This document shows positions 8,339-17,181 of a stretch of 43,559 nt of DNA, piece after piece. Source of the DNA: Bradyrhizobium sp. (GTDB taxonomy: Bacteria; Pseudomonadota; Alphaproteobacteria; Rhizobiales; Xanthobacteraceae); NCBI GenBank assembly GCA_035602495.1, contig DATNMT010000510.1, positions 1-43,559 of the forward strand, given 5' to 3'. Every line of letters starts with the position of its first letter. Positions within the stretch are counted from its first letter, which is position 1. The translations under genes and the position numbers were made by a program. The notes under the pieces were generated by a model that did not search any database, was not told where the DNA came from, and saw only the letters and a list, made by a program, of their open reading frames with translations.

Positions 8339-9373
8339 GTGCTGGAAATTTTGATCGGACGCGGCCAAAACGGCTCTGACGTCGGCGACAAGGTCGGTCT
8401 CGGCAGCATCAGGCGGCCGGTGATCGGGCTTGCGCTGGGCGGCGGCGCCGCGCGCGGCTTCGCCCATATCGGCATTCTCCGCGCGCTGATTGCCCACGGC
8501 ATCGTTCCCAATGTCGTGGTCGGCACCTCGATCGGCGCGGTGGTCGGCGGCGCCTACGCGGCCGGCCATCTCGACACGCTGGAAGCATGGGCGCGCCGCC
8601 TGCAGCCGCGAAACATCCTCAGCTATCTCGATATCCGACTCAACGGCTCGGGCCTGATCGGCGGCGACAAGCTGGCTTCGCAGCTCGAGGCCGCGATCGG
8701 CCCGATCAGAATCGAGGATCTGCCGCTGAAATTCGCCACCGTCGCCACCGAGGTGCGCACCGGCCATGAGATCTGGCTGACCCACGGCCGCATGGTCGAC
8801 GCCATGCGCGCCTCCTACGCGCTGCCCGGGATATTCTCGCCGGTCCTGATCGGCGACCGCTGGCTGGTCGATGGCGCGCTGGTCAATCCGGTACCGGTGT
8901 CGGCGGCGCGCGCACTCGGCGCGGAAATCGTGATCGCCGCCAACCTCTCCAGCGACGTCTTCACCCATTCGACCACGATCTATTCGCACGGCGCGGCGGC
9001 GGATGCGGTAGCGCCCGTGGTCGAGCCGGCGCCGAAAAAAACCGGCCTCGGCAAGCTGTTTTCTCCCGAGCGCACCGTGAAGCGCGAATTTTTCGGCAGC
9101 GGCGGACGGCCGGGCATTTCCTCGGTGATGGTCGACGCCTTCAACATCATGCAGGATCGCATCACCCGCGCCAGGCTCGCCGGCGATCCGCCGGATATGC
9201 TGATCTCGCCCCGGGTCGGACAAATCGGCTGGTTCGATTTCCACCGCGCCGACGACCTGATCGCCTTCGGCGCGCGCGCCGCAGAGCGCGCCATCGATTC
9301 GATTCAGGAAGCGATCCACATTCTGGCGCCCGCGGCCGGCAAGCCGGACCCGTCGGCCGACAAGGCGCCCTGA
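8339..9373 (+). CDS. Patatin-like phospholipase (RssA/NTE family)
   Basis: GGGAARG oxyanion motif, GTSIG nucleophile and DGA catalytic Asp. Confidence 0.92.
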   Translation: MLEILIGRGQNGSDVGDKVGLGSIRRPVIGLALGGGAARGFAHIGILRALIAHGIVPNVVVGTSIGAVVGGAYAAGHLDTLEAWARRLQPRNILSYLDIRLNGSGLIGGDKLASQLEAAIGPIRIEDLPLKFATVATEVRTGHEIWLTHGRMVDAMRASYALPGIFSPVLIGDRWLVDGALVNPVPVSAARALGAEIVIAANLSSDVFTHSTTIYSHGAAADAVAPVVEPAPKKTGLGKLFSPERTVKREFFGSGGRPGISSVMVDAFNIMQDRITRARLAGDPPDMLISPRVGQIGWFDFHRADDLIAFGARAAERAIDSIQEAIHILAPAAGKPDPSADKAP

Positions 9374-9385
9374 CCGGCGCCTGGA

Positions 9386-9814
9386 TCAGGCGGTCTTGAT
9401 GTATTCGCGCAGCGCTTCCTGTTCCATTTCGTATTCGCGCACGCGCCACTTGACGATGTCGCCGATCGAAATCAGGCCGACCACCCGCTCGCCCTCGAGC
9501 ACCGGCAGATGGCGGAACTTGCCGAGCGTCATCATTTCCATGATCGCAGCGACGGTGTCGTTCTGCTTGCAGCTGATGACCTTGCGCGTCATCACCGCGC
9601 TGACCGGCTCGTCGAGCACCGCCGCGCCGCGTTCGCCGAGCACGCGGACGATGTCGCGCTCCGACAGGATGCCTTCGATGCGGCCCTTGCTCATCACGAG
9701 GACGGCGCCGATCTTGCGTTCGCCGAGGATCCTGACCGCCGCCGACAGCTTCGCCTCCGGCTCGACGCTCTGGATCTGATGGCCCTTGGTATCGAGAATC
9801 GCACGTACCGTCAT
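9386..9814 (-). CDS. CBS-domain pair protein
   Basis: IGAVLV...GILSERDIVR and FRHLPV...VGLISIGDIVK. GGGAG RBS. Confidence 0.92.
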   Translation of the reverse strand: MTVRAILDTKGHQIQSVEPEAKLSAAVRILGERKIGAVLVMSKGRIEGILSERDIVRVLGERGAAVLDEPVSAVMTRKVISCKQNDTVAAIMEMMTLGKFRHLPVLEGERVVGLISIGDIVKWRVREYEMEQEALREYIKTA

Positions 9815-9929
9815 TGTCGTCTCCCTGAAGCCGATCGCGCCCTTGAACGAGCGCAGTCTTGTTTCCTCGAGTTTTCAATCAACAGCCTGGCGCCGGTTTC
9901 GTTGCAGGCGCCTGAAGCGAGCACGGGCC

Positions 9930-9957
9930 CTTAAGCACGGTTTCTTAAGCACGGTTT
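9930..9957. repeat. Perfect 14-bp tandem duplication
   Basis: CTTAAGCACGGTTT twice (9930-9943, 9944-9957) upstream of the CBS gene. Confidence 0.85.
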
Positions 9958-10026
9958 TGGGCTTATGCGCCCTTGCCTTACAGGGCAGCGATGATGAATG
10001 AAATCGCGTTGCGCCGCAAGCGACGA

Positions 10027-10824
10027 TCAGCCGCCCTGCGATGCGTCCGGCGACGACGCATCTGCAGCATCGGCGGCGCTGCGCGGCACCGGATCGAACA
10101 GCGAGAACAGCACTAACCCTGCGAAAAACCCGCCGATATGCGCCTGCCAGGCCACGCTGGCGCCATCGGTTCCAATCGCGATCGAACCGACGCCGAAGAT
10201 GATGTTGACGCCGAACCAGATCGCGAGAAAGGCCAGCACGCGCGGATTGCGCAGCGCGCGCGTCAGCGAGAGCGCCGGCACCTTTGCCGCGGCATCGGCG
10301 TCGCCGCGGCTGAACGACAGGAAGCTGCCCTTGACGAAGGCAAAGCGGATCGCCGCCGCCATGGTGCCCGATACCGACGCCGACGCGCCGATCATCGGCG
10401 CCACCGCATGCTCATGGGTGACGAGATGCGCCAGCGCGCCGGCCACCGCCGTCACCGCCATGAACAGGAAGAACCTGAAGGCGCCGAACCGGCGCGCCAG
10501 CGCGCTGCCGAACGGCAACAGCCACAGCACGTTGAAGCCGATATGGCTGAGATTGGCATGCAGCAGTGAATAGGTGACGAAGGTCCAGACCTTGGCACCC
10601 TCGCCGCCGGGAAAATCGATCTGCAGCAGCGTCGAATCGTAGCGCTTCGGAATGAATCCGAACACGTCGACGGTCCAGTTTTCCAGTTCCGGCGGCAGCA
10701 GCACGCGCAGGTGAATGACCGCCAGCAACAGGATATAGCCGGTCAACGCGCCGGGCAGCGTCAGGATCGGCTCGCGCGGGGCGTCCGGCGGGATGTCCGG
10801 CGGCAATTCTGTCGGGGATTCCAA
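10027..10824 (-). CDS. Rhomboid family intramembrane serine protease
   Basis: LLHANLSHIGFN, IGASA catalytic Ser and AWQAHIGG catalytic His. Probable TTG start at 10824. Confidence 0.9.
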   Translation of the reverse strand: MESPTELPPDIPPDAPREPILTLPGALTGYILLLAVIHLRVLLPPELENWTVDVFGFIPKRYDSTLLQIDFPGGEGAKVWTFVTYSLLHANLSHIGFNVLWLLPFGSALARRFGAFRFFLFMAVTAVAGALAHLVTHEHAVAPMIGASASVSGTMAAAIRFAFVKGSFLSFSRGDADAAAKVPALSLTRALRNPRVLAFLAIWFGVNIIFGVGSIAIGTDGASVAWQAHIGGFFAGLVLFSLFDPVPRSAADAADASSPDASQGG

Positions 10825-10929
10825 GGGCTTTAGGACCTGAAGCGAGCGGCTCACGCGAGCGATTGCAGCCCCAATAGGCGGCTTGGCGTTGCAGCGCAAG
10901 ATCGTAATGCGGCCAGAACGGCAACTTTG

Positions 10930-11865
10930 TCAGACCTTGCCGGCGAACAACTCGAACGTGATGGACCTGATCCAGCGGTGAGCGGCATCGCGATGATACC
11001 GCTCATGCCAGTACTGGGATATTTCGATGCGTGGCAAGGCAATCGGCGTTTCAAACACCATGAGGCCGAGCGGCCCGGCCAGACGGTTCGCCAGATTTGC
11101 CGGCAAGGTCGCGATGCCGTCGGTTTCCGCGGCGACAATGGCTCCCGCGACAAAACTCGGCACCCGCAACAGAATATTCGAGGCGGCAATCGTCGAGGCG
11201 AGCGCTCGTTGCGCCGCGCCGTGCGCGGCGTGGCCGGTCTCCGACGCGGTCACAAGAATATGGCGTTCTGCCAGAAAGCCGTTGCGCGACGTTACTTTCG
11301 ATACCCGCGGGTGGCGCTTCCGGACAACGCTCAAATAGCCGTCAAAGTACAGCCTTTGGCGCCGCAGGTGACGAGCGGCTTTCGGAAATGCGCCAAGTGC
11401 CAGGTCCGCTTCGCCGGCTTCGAGCTTCAGCTCGAACTGGCGCGAATCCAGCGGCACCGCCCGTGCGCTCGCATTCGGCGCAATCGCGGCGAGGTGGGCG
11501 ATCAACGGCGGCAAAAAGCGGATCATGCCGACGTCCGTCAACAACAGGCTGAACAAACGATTGGATTGCGCGGGATCGAAGGCCGTCGCGGAAGCCCGCA
11601 GACCGTCGGCGGCATCGAGCAGCACGCGCAACTGGCCGGCGATGTCGAGCGCCCTGGCCGTCGGCTGCATCGCATGCCCGTTGCGGACGAACAGCGGATC
11701 GGCGAACTGCTCCCGAAGGTGTCTCAGCGACTTGCTGATGGCCGGCTGGGTCGTTTCCAGCAACTGCGCGGTTCGTGTGATGCTGCGCTCCCTCAACAAG
11801 ACATTGAGGATCCGCAACTCCCTCAGGCTCAATTCCGAGTATGCCGATCCATCCATATCGCTCAT
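10930..11865 (-). CDS. LysR family transcriptional regulator (NahR/DntR/LinR-like)
   Basis: HTH SITRTAQLLETTQPAISKSL...DPLFVR and C-terminal QYWHERYHRDAAHRW. Confidence 0.92.
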   Translation of the reverse strand: MSDMDGSAYSELSLRELRILNVLLRERSITRTAQLLETTQPAISKSLRHLREQFADPLFVRNGHAMQPTARALDIAGQLRVLLDAADGLRASATAFDPAQSNRLFSLLLTDVGMIRFLPPLIAHLAAIAPNASARAVPLDSRQFELKLEAGEADLALGAFPKAARHLRRQRLYFDGYLSVVRKRHPRVSKVTSRNGFLAERHILVTASETGHAAHGAAQRALASTIAASNILLRVPSFVAGAIVAAETDGIATLPANLANRLAGPLGLMVFETPIALPRIEISQYWHERYHRDAAHRWIRSITFELFAGKV

Positions 11866-11977
11866 TCCGATTTCGACATGGCGCCAGTGACGACCGCGGG
11901 ATAGGCTGATGTCAAATGGAAAATGCGGAAACCGGCGGCGATGTCCGGGCGCACCGCCATTTCAGGAAGGAAGGGCC

Positions 11978-12853
11978 ATGGGCAAATTCATCGTCGAACC
12001 CCATTTTCGCCTGCAGGAATGGGTGGCCGAGGAAAAGGGATATTTCCGCGCCGAGGGTCTTGATTATGAGTTTCGCGAACTGATCCGTTCGACCGATGGA
12101 CAGCATCACAACAAGGCCAATCAGGGCGCCTTCCAGAGCATCGAACAGGGACGCGAAGCAAACGTAAGCTGCGCGTGCCACTGGACGGTGAACGTGGCAG
12201 CCTCGAACGGTCACGCAAAGCTTTTCGCCGACGTCTACTCGATCGCGCCGTCCGGGATTTTCGTTCCGGCGGATTCACCGGTGCGGACACCCGCCGATCT
12301 TGCGGGCGTGCCGATTTCAGTCGGGTTCCAGTCCGGCAGCCACTATTCGACGATCCAGGCGCTGGAGCAGTACATCCCAGCCGATAGAATCAACCTGACG
12401 TTCGAAGATGGCATGCTGTTTCACCGCATGGAGCTTTTGATCGAGGGGAAAAGTGCCGCGGCCGCGCTTTTCAGCGGTCCTTATTATCTGGCGGAGCAGC
12501 TCGGGTTCCGCAAGGTGATCGACACCACCTTCATGATCGCCGCCATGATCAAGGGCACGCCGGACCGGGAAGACATCCGACGATATTTCCGCGCCTTGAG
12601 ATCGGCACAGCGAGACATCGATCTGCGGCCTGAACTCTACACGCATTATTACCGGAACGAATTCCCCGAGCGCTTCCATGCGCTGATGGATCCGCGACGC
12701 TGGGGTCCCGGGGAGCGGATTGTATTTGAGCCATATTCGAAAGAAGTATTCGAACAGTCCTTTGACTGGATCGCAAAGCACGAGATTTTCGCCGAGGGCC
12801 GAATGGGATCCGGAGATTACGACCGCTCCACGATTTCGTTTGCTGCGGAATAA
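11978..12853 (+). CDS. NMT1/SsuA/THI5-like substrate-binding-fold protein lacking a signal peptide
   Basis: GGAAGG RBS. Motifs VAEEKGYFRAEGLD and SPVRTPADLAG. No hydrophobic N-terminal segment. CACH motif. Confidence 0.75.
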   Translation: MGKFIVEPHFRLQEWVAEEKGYFRAEGLDYEFRELIRSTDGQHHNKANQGAFQSIEQGREANVSCACHWTVNVAASNGHAKLFADVYSIAPSGIFVPADSPVRTPADLAGVPISVGFQSGSHYSTIQALEQYIPADRINLTFEDGMLFHRMELLIEGKSAAAALFSGPYYLAEQLGFRKVIDTTFMIAAMIKGTPDREDIRRYFRALRSAQRDIDLRPELYTHYYRNEFPERFHALMDPRRWGPGERIVFEPYSKEVFEQSFDWIAKHEIFAEGRMGSGDYDRSTISFAAE

Positions 12854-13261
12854 GGCGCCCCGCCGGCCCGCATTCGCCTGACGCGGTCGCAGGCAGAAAG
12901 ATCGAAGGGATCGGCAGGGACGACGGCCCATTCCCGAGTGCGGTCGCGGGCGGGAAAATCGGGCATCCGGCGAAGCGTTTCGCCGCGCACCCGCCGGACG
13001 AGCGATGGCGGGTCGCGCCGGCGAGTAAAAAATCTGTGAGCACGGTCGGAAAATCCCGCGGAAAACAACAGCCTGCGGAATCCTCCCCAAGGCTGGGAAG
13101 TCCTGGCGGGTTGTCCCGGCAAATTTGTCGTCCATCTGGACTTGTTAGGCCCTCGCCGTTCGCCCGGAAGAACGGCCAACAAAATTGATATCGCGCATGG
13201 TTCGGAGACAGCGAGCCCCAATAGGGTTTGGCTTGGCGCAGCAAGTCCGAAAGTTCTTGCC

Positions 13262-15889
13262 ATGATAATGAACTCCGCGATCGTCCGTATCGTCGACTTC
13301 TGTGCCCGTCATCGCAGGACTTTGATGATTGCCGGCGCGCTGCTGGCGATCGGGGCCGCCGCCTACGGCGCCGTCCGGTTCTCGATCAACACCGATATCG
13401 AGGGTTTGATTTCGGAAGATCTGCCCTGGCATCAGCGTCAACTGGAGTTGTCCAGGGCTTTTCCGAAAAAGGGCATCTTGGCTGTCGTGAAAGCGCCGAC
13501 GGCCGAGGCTGCCGGACAGGCGACCATTGCGCTGGCGCAAGTGCTATCCACGAATCACAGTCTGTTTCCCGCGGTCGAGCAATTCGACAGCGGGGATTTT
13601 TTCGACCGCAACGGGCTGTTGTATCAGACTCCCGCCGAGGTCAGGAAAAGCGCAGAGGGACTGACGAGAGCCCAGCCCTTCCTCGCACCGCTCGCCGGCG
13701 ATCCCAGTCTGCGGGGCGTCATGACGACGCTGACATTTGCGAGCCAGGCCGTCCAGGCCGGCAGGATCAAGCTGGATCAGCTGGCTTGGCCCCTGTCGCT
13801 GGCGGATCGAACGCTGACTGACGTTCTGTCCGCCAGGCCCGCGACATTTTCCTGGCAGGAGTTCCTGCAAGGCCAGCCGCCAACCGCAAAGCAGCTGCGG
13901 CACCTCGTCGGCGTTCAGCCGACGCTCGATTTCGCCGAGCTGCAGCCCGGACGCAAGGCGGAAGAAGGGATCAGGCGCGCGGCCACTGAGCTGGACCTGC
14001 AGAACAAATTCGGCGCGAGCGTCGCGCTGACCGGTGCGGTGCCGATGAATGACGACCAGTTCTCGGTGATCCGCTATAGCGCCGTGCGCGACACGCTGAC
14101 GGCGCTGTTCGGCGTCCTGATCGTTCTCTGGCTGGCGCTTCGCTCCTGGAAGACCATCGCGGCGGTGTTCTTCAGCCTGATGGTCGGCCTTGCGGTAACG
14201 GCCGCCATCGGCATTGCCATGGTCGGCTCCTTCAACCTGATCTCGATCGCGTTCTTTGTGCTGTTCATCGGCCTCGGGGTGGACTTCGGCATTCAATTCA
14301 GCGTGCGCTACCGCGCCGAACGCCACGACCACGCCGATCTGTACGAGGCGCTGCGATGGACCGCCCGCAAAGTGGGTGACCCGCTTTCACTGGCCGCCGC
14401 GGCCACCGCCGTGGGTTTCTTTGCTTTCCTGCCGACCAGCTATCGCGGCCTTTCGGAGCTGGGCCTGATCGCCGGTTGCGGCATGCTGATCGCATTCGCC
14501 TGCAGCATTATATTCGTGCCGGCGATGCTGGCATGGCTCAAGCCTCCGGGCGAGCCCGCGCCGGTCGGCTTTCGAAGCCTCGCGCCGCTCGACGATTTTC
14601 TGCAACGGCATCGCATCCCGGTGATCGTCGCCACCTTCCTGGTCGTGCTGGCCGGTACGCCGCTGTTGTGGCATCTGCAGTTCGACTTCAATCCGGTCGA
14701 CCTGCAAAGCCCGAACTCGCCCTCGGTGGTGACCTATCGCGAATTGCAGAACGATCCCGAAACCAGCGGCAACGCCGCCGAAGTAATGACGCCGTCGCTC
14801 GAGAAGGCCAACGAAACCGGCAGACGTCTCGCCGCCCTGCCCGAGGTCTCGCGCACGCTGACGCTGAGCAGCCTTATTCCGACGGACCAAGGCGAGAAAA
14901 TCGCCGCATTGAAGGCCACGGCGCAACGCCTTGGCCGGGCCCTCAATCCTCCGCAGACCCGGCCTGCCCCGACCGATCAAGAGAATATTGCTGCCATTCA
15001 AGGCGCAGCCGACGCCCTTTCCGGGGCCGCCGGCAATGCAAGCGGCGCGGGCGCTGAAGCGGCGCGGCATGTTGCCGATTTGCTCAAGCAGCTTGCAAGT
15101 GCGGATGCCGGCATCCGGGCCAAGGCCGAAGCCGCGATCGTGCCGCCGCTGATTTACGACCTCGAGCTGCTTCGCAAGAGTCTCGCCCCCGAAACCGTGA
15201 CGATCAGGACGCTTCCGGCCGATCTGGTGCGCGAGTGGCTGTTGCCCGACGGTCGGGCCCGCGTGCAGGCGTCGCCAAAGGGCGATCCGAACGACACCAA
15301 CGTGCTGCGGAATTTCGCCACCGCGGTGCTGCGCGCCGAGCCGTCGGCCGCGGGCGGTGCGATCAGCCTCTATGAAGCCGCAAAGACCGTCACCACCGCC
15401 TTTGTCGAAGCAGGTGTTCTGGCGATCGTTGCGATCGCCGTTCTGCTCCTGATCGCGTTGCGGCGTTTGACGGACGTACTCCTGACGCTCGTCCCTCTGC
15501 TCCTTGCCGGCGTGGTTACGCTTGAGATTTGCGTGCTGGACGGTTTTTCGCTCAATTTCGCAAACATCATTGCGCTGCCGCTGCTGCTCGGCGTCGGCGT
15601 CGCCTTCAAGATCTACTACACCATGGCGTGGCGCGCCGGAAAAACCCACTTGCTGCAGTCGACGCTGACCCGGGCGGTGATGTTCAGCGCCATGACCACC
15701 GCGATCGCGTTCGGAAGCATGTGGGCATCGAGCTATCCCGGCATGTCGAGCATGGGCAAGCTGATGGCGCTGTCGCTGCTCTGCACGATGACCGCCGCGG
15801 TGTTTTTCCAGCCGGTACTGATGGGGCCCCCGCGGCAAGCGAGCGTCGATTCCGAACCCAGCCCGGATTTCCGTACCGCCGCCGAATAG
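13262..15889 (+). CDS. hpnN: Hopanoid transporter HpnN-like (MMPL/RND family)
   Basis: Motifs INTDIEGLIS..LPWHQR, FFDRNGLLY, SFNLISIAFFVLFIGLGVDFGIQF, NFANIIALPLLLGVGVAFKIY and PGMSSMGKL. Confidence 0.85.
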   Translation: MIMNSAIVRIVDFCARHRRTLMIAGALLAIGAAAYGAVRFSINTDIEGLISEDLPWHQRQLELSRAFPKKGILAVVKAPTAEAAGQATIALAQVLSTNHSLFPAVEQFDSGDFFDRNGLLYQTPAEVRKSAEGLTRAQPFLAPLAGDPSLRGVMTTLTFASQAVQAGRIKLDQLAWPLSLADRTLTDVLSARPATFSWQEFLQGQPPTAKQLRHLVGVQPTLDFAELQPGRKAEEGIRRAATELDLQNKFGASVALTGAVPMNDDQFSVIRYSAVRDTLTALFGVLIVLWLALRSWKTIAAVFFSLMVGLAVTAAIGIAMVGSFNLISIAFFVLFIGLGVDFGIQFSVRYRAERHDHADLYEALRWTARKVGDPLSLAAAATAVGFFAFLPTSYRGLSELGLIAGCGMLIAFACSIIFVPAMLAWLKPPGEPAPVGFRSLAPLDDFLQRHRIPVIVATFLVVLAGTPLLWHLQFDFNPVDLQSPNSPSVVTYRELQNDPETSGNAAEVMTPSLEKANETGRRLAALPEVSRTLTLSSLIPTDQGEKIAALKATAQRLGRALNPPQTRPAPTDQENIAAIQGAADALSGAAGNASGAGAEAARHVADLLKQLASADAGIRAKAEAAIVPPLIYDLELLRKSLAPETVTIRTLPADLVREWLLPDGRARVQASPKGDPNDTNVLRNFATAVLRAEPSAAGGAISLYEAAKTVTTAFVEAGVLAIVAIAVLLLIALRRLTDVLLTLVPLLLAGVVTLEICVLDGFSLNFANIIALPLLLGVGVAFKIYYTMAWRAGKTHLLQSTLTRAVMFSAMTTAIAFGSMWASSYPGMSSMGKLMALSLLCTMTAAVFFQPVLMGPPRQASVDSEPSPDFRTAAE

Positions 15890-15987
15890 CCGCGCGCAGC
15901 CGTTTCAGCGGGACAAAGAAAAAAGGGAGGGTGCAGGCGGTCCCGGCGGGGGTTTAATTCTCCCTCGCGCATCCCCACATGCTGTTC

Positions 15988-16131
15988 ATGACCCAATGGC
16001 AACCACCCAAGCGGGAACCCGCGAAGACCAAGGCCGAGTTGCGCGAAATGCTGACTGAGGCTGTCCGCAATACCGAGGCTGAGAACAAGCGCTCGCAGCA
16101 GGCCAAGAAAGTTTCGCGGCCAAAGGCCTAA
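15988..16131 (+). CDS. Small basic hypothetical protein (47 aa, below the ORF-track cutoff)
   Basis: Translated by hand: MTQWQPPKREPAKTKAELREMLTEAVRNTEAENKRSQQAKKVSRPKA*. An in-frame upstream ATG is at 15979. Confidence 0.55.
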   Translation: MTQWQPPKREPAKTKAELREMLTEAVRNTEAENKRSQQAKKVSRPKA

Positions 16132-16284
16132 CTCATAACGTGAGCAGGAACTTCGGCTGGTCCAGCTTGTGCCCCAAGGTGGATGCTGTCTGCTGTTTTA
16201 GTTCGTTACCTGGATGGGAACGACGATGGGCAAACGACTCCCCAATAACGCTCCGAGATCTAAAAAGGACCGACGAAAACAATA

Positions 16285-16311
16285 AGGGAGGGCGCTGAGA
16301 ACGCCCTCCCT
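16285..16311 (-). terminator. Probable intrinsic terminator
   Basis: AGGGAGGGCG-7 nt-CGCCCTCCCT 10-bp stem, followed on the minus strand by TATTGTTTT. Confidence 0.55.
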
Positions 16312-16489
16312 CGTTGTGCCGGCCTTTTCGCGCCAGGGATACCCGGGTGACATCCCCACCTCTCCCCGCGCGACGACCAAACTGTTTGTCGCCTGCCTGT
16401 GTAACGACCTCGCCGGAACCTGGAGAAAACGACGAGGCGATCGCGTGCGCGGACCCTAGTCGGCCCCGCACCAAACGGAAACCGGATCG

Positions 16490-16504
16490 TTAACTTAACC
16501 TTAA
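16490..16504. promoter_or_regulatory. Consensus CtrA box (copy 1 of a 19-bp direct repeat)
   Basis: TTAA-CTTAACC-TTAA. Confidence 0.55.
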
Positions 16505-16530
16505 TGCCGCGGGGCGGCGCGGCCGTCGCC

Positions 16531-16611
16531 CTACTTCAACCGCTTGCGAATCTGATCGAGCCCGGCCTTCGCACAGACTTCGTCCGCTTCGGCGCTCGGC
16601 GCCCCGCCCAC
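16531..16611 (-). pseudogene. 3' remnant of a GlcG/HbpS (DUF336) heme-binding protein gene
   Basis: The minus strand reads VGGAPSAEADEVCAKAGLDQIRKRLK*, resembling the GVxGApxxxxDexcAxAG C-terminus of this family. The 5' part is missing. Confidence 0.65.
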
Positions 16612-16959
16612 GTGGTCAGCCAGTCACCGGACAAATCCGCCATCGCCCTTGCGGTCGATTCCCATGTGAATTCGCGTCATCGCGAGCATCCGGAAAGCGG
16701 TTGCTCGGTCGCGACGCTCGGCAGCGAGTTGGCGCGCGAAAACAGCGCCGCCCGCCACCAGATGAGCGAGAACGTCAAGGGCTGGCTTGAAACGCTCGCA
16801 CAGTTTGCTCCGGGATCGAACGCCGCGGAAAAGATGCGAGCGGCGACCGGCACCTACGCCGCGATGATCGGCGGACTCATTATCGCGCGCGCCGTGGAAG
16901 ACCCGCATCTGTCCGACCGGATCCTTGCCGACGTCCGTGAATTCCTCAACGAGACCTGA
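16612..16959 (+). pseudogene. 3' remnant of a TetR-family regulator (C-terminal domain, no HTH)
   Basis: HREHPESGCSVATLGSELAR...AAMIGGLIIARAVED is a typical TetR C-terminal pattern. There is no N-terminal HTH and no credible start codon. Confidence 0.75.
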
Positions 16960-17019
16960 CGAAGCCGCACCGGCGATAGCGGCGAAAATCAAGCGCCGGC
17001 GCGACCCCGGGCGACATCG

Positions 17020-17034
17020 TTAATTTAACCTTAA
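17020..17034. promoter_or_regulatory. Consensus CtrA box upstream of the PAS gene (copy 2)
   Basis: TTAA-TTTAACC-TTAA. Confidence 0.65.
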
Positions 17035-17181
17035 CGACGCAAAGTCGCCGCCGGCCGCCCCGAGATCGGGCTGCGGCATGGACGCTGCAAAGCACCTCCT
17101 GCAAAACAGAGAAGGGAAAGCGCGTGCGCGAAAGCGGGACAGAAGTGTCCCGCCGAAGCGGACGCCGGGCAGGGTCGCGTC

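Noticed and set aside
12854-13261. Possible riboswitch or ncRNA upstream of hpnN
   Set aside because: GC-rich hairpins are present but I recognise no aptamer consensus or expression platform.
16133-16474. 113-aa minus ORF ending ...HKLDQPKFLLTL
   Set aside because: Runs through a terminator-like hairpin and has no RBS or recognisable family. The tail may be a gene remnant but I cannot support that.
16504-16959. Intact 151-aa protein
   Set aside because: Its first 36 codons include the antisense of a GlcG/HbpS remnant and the rest is a TetR fragment without HTH, so it is a chimeric scar.
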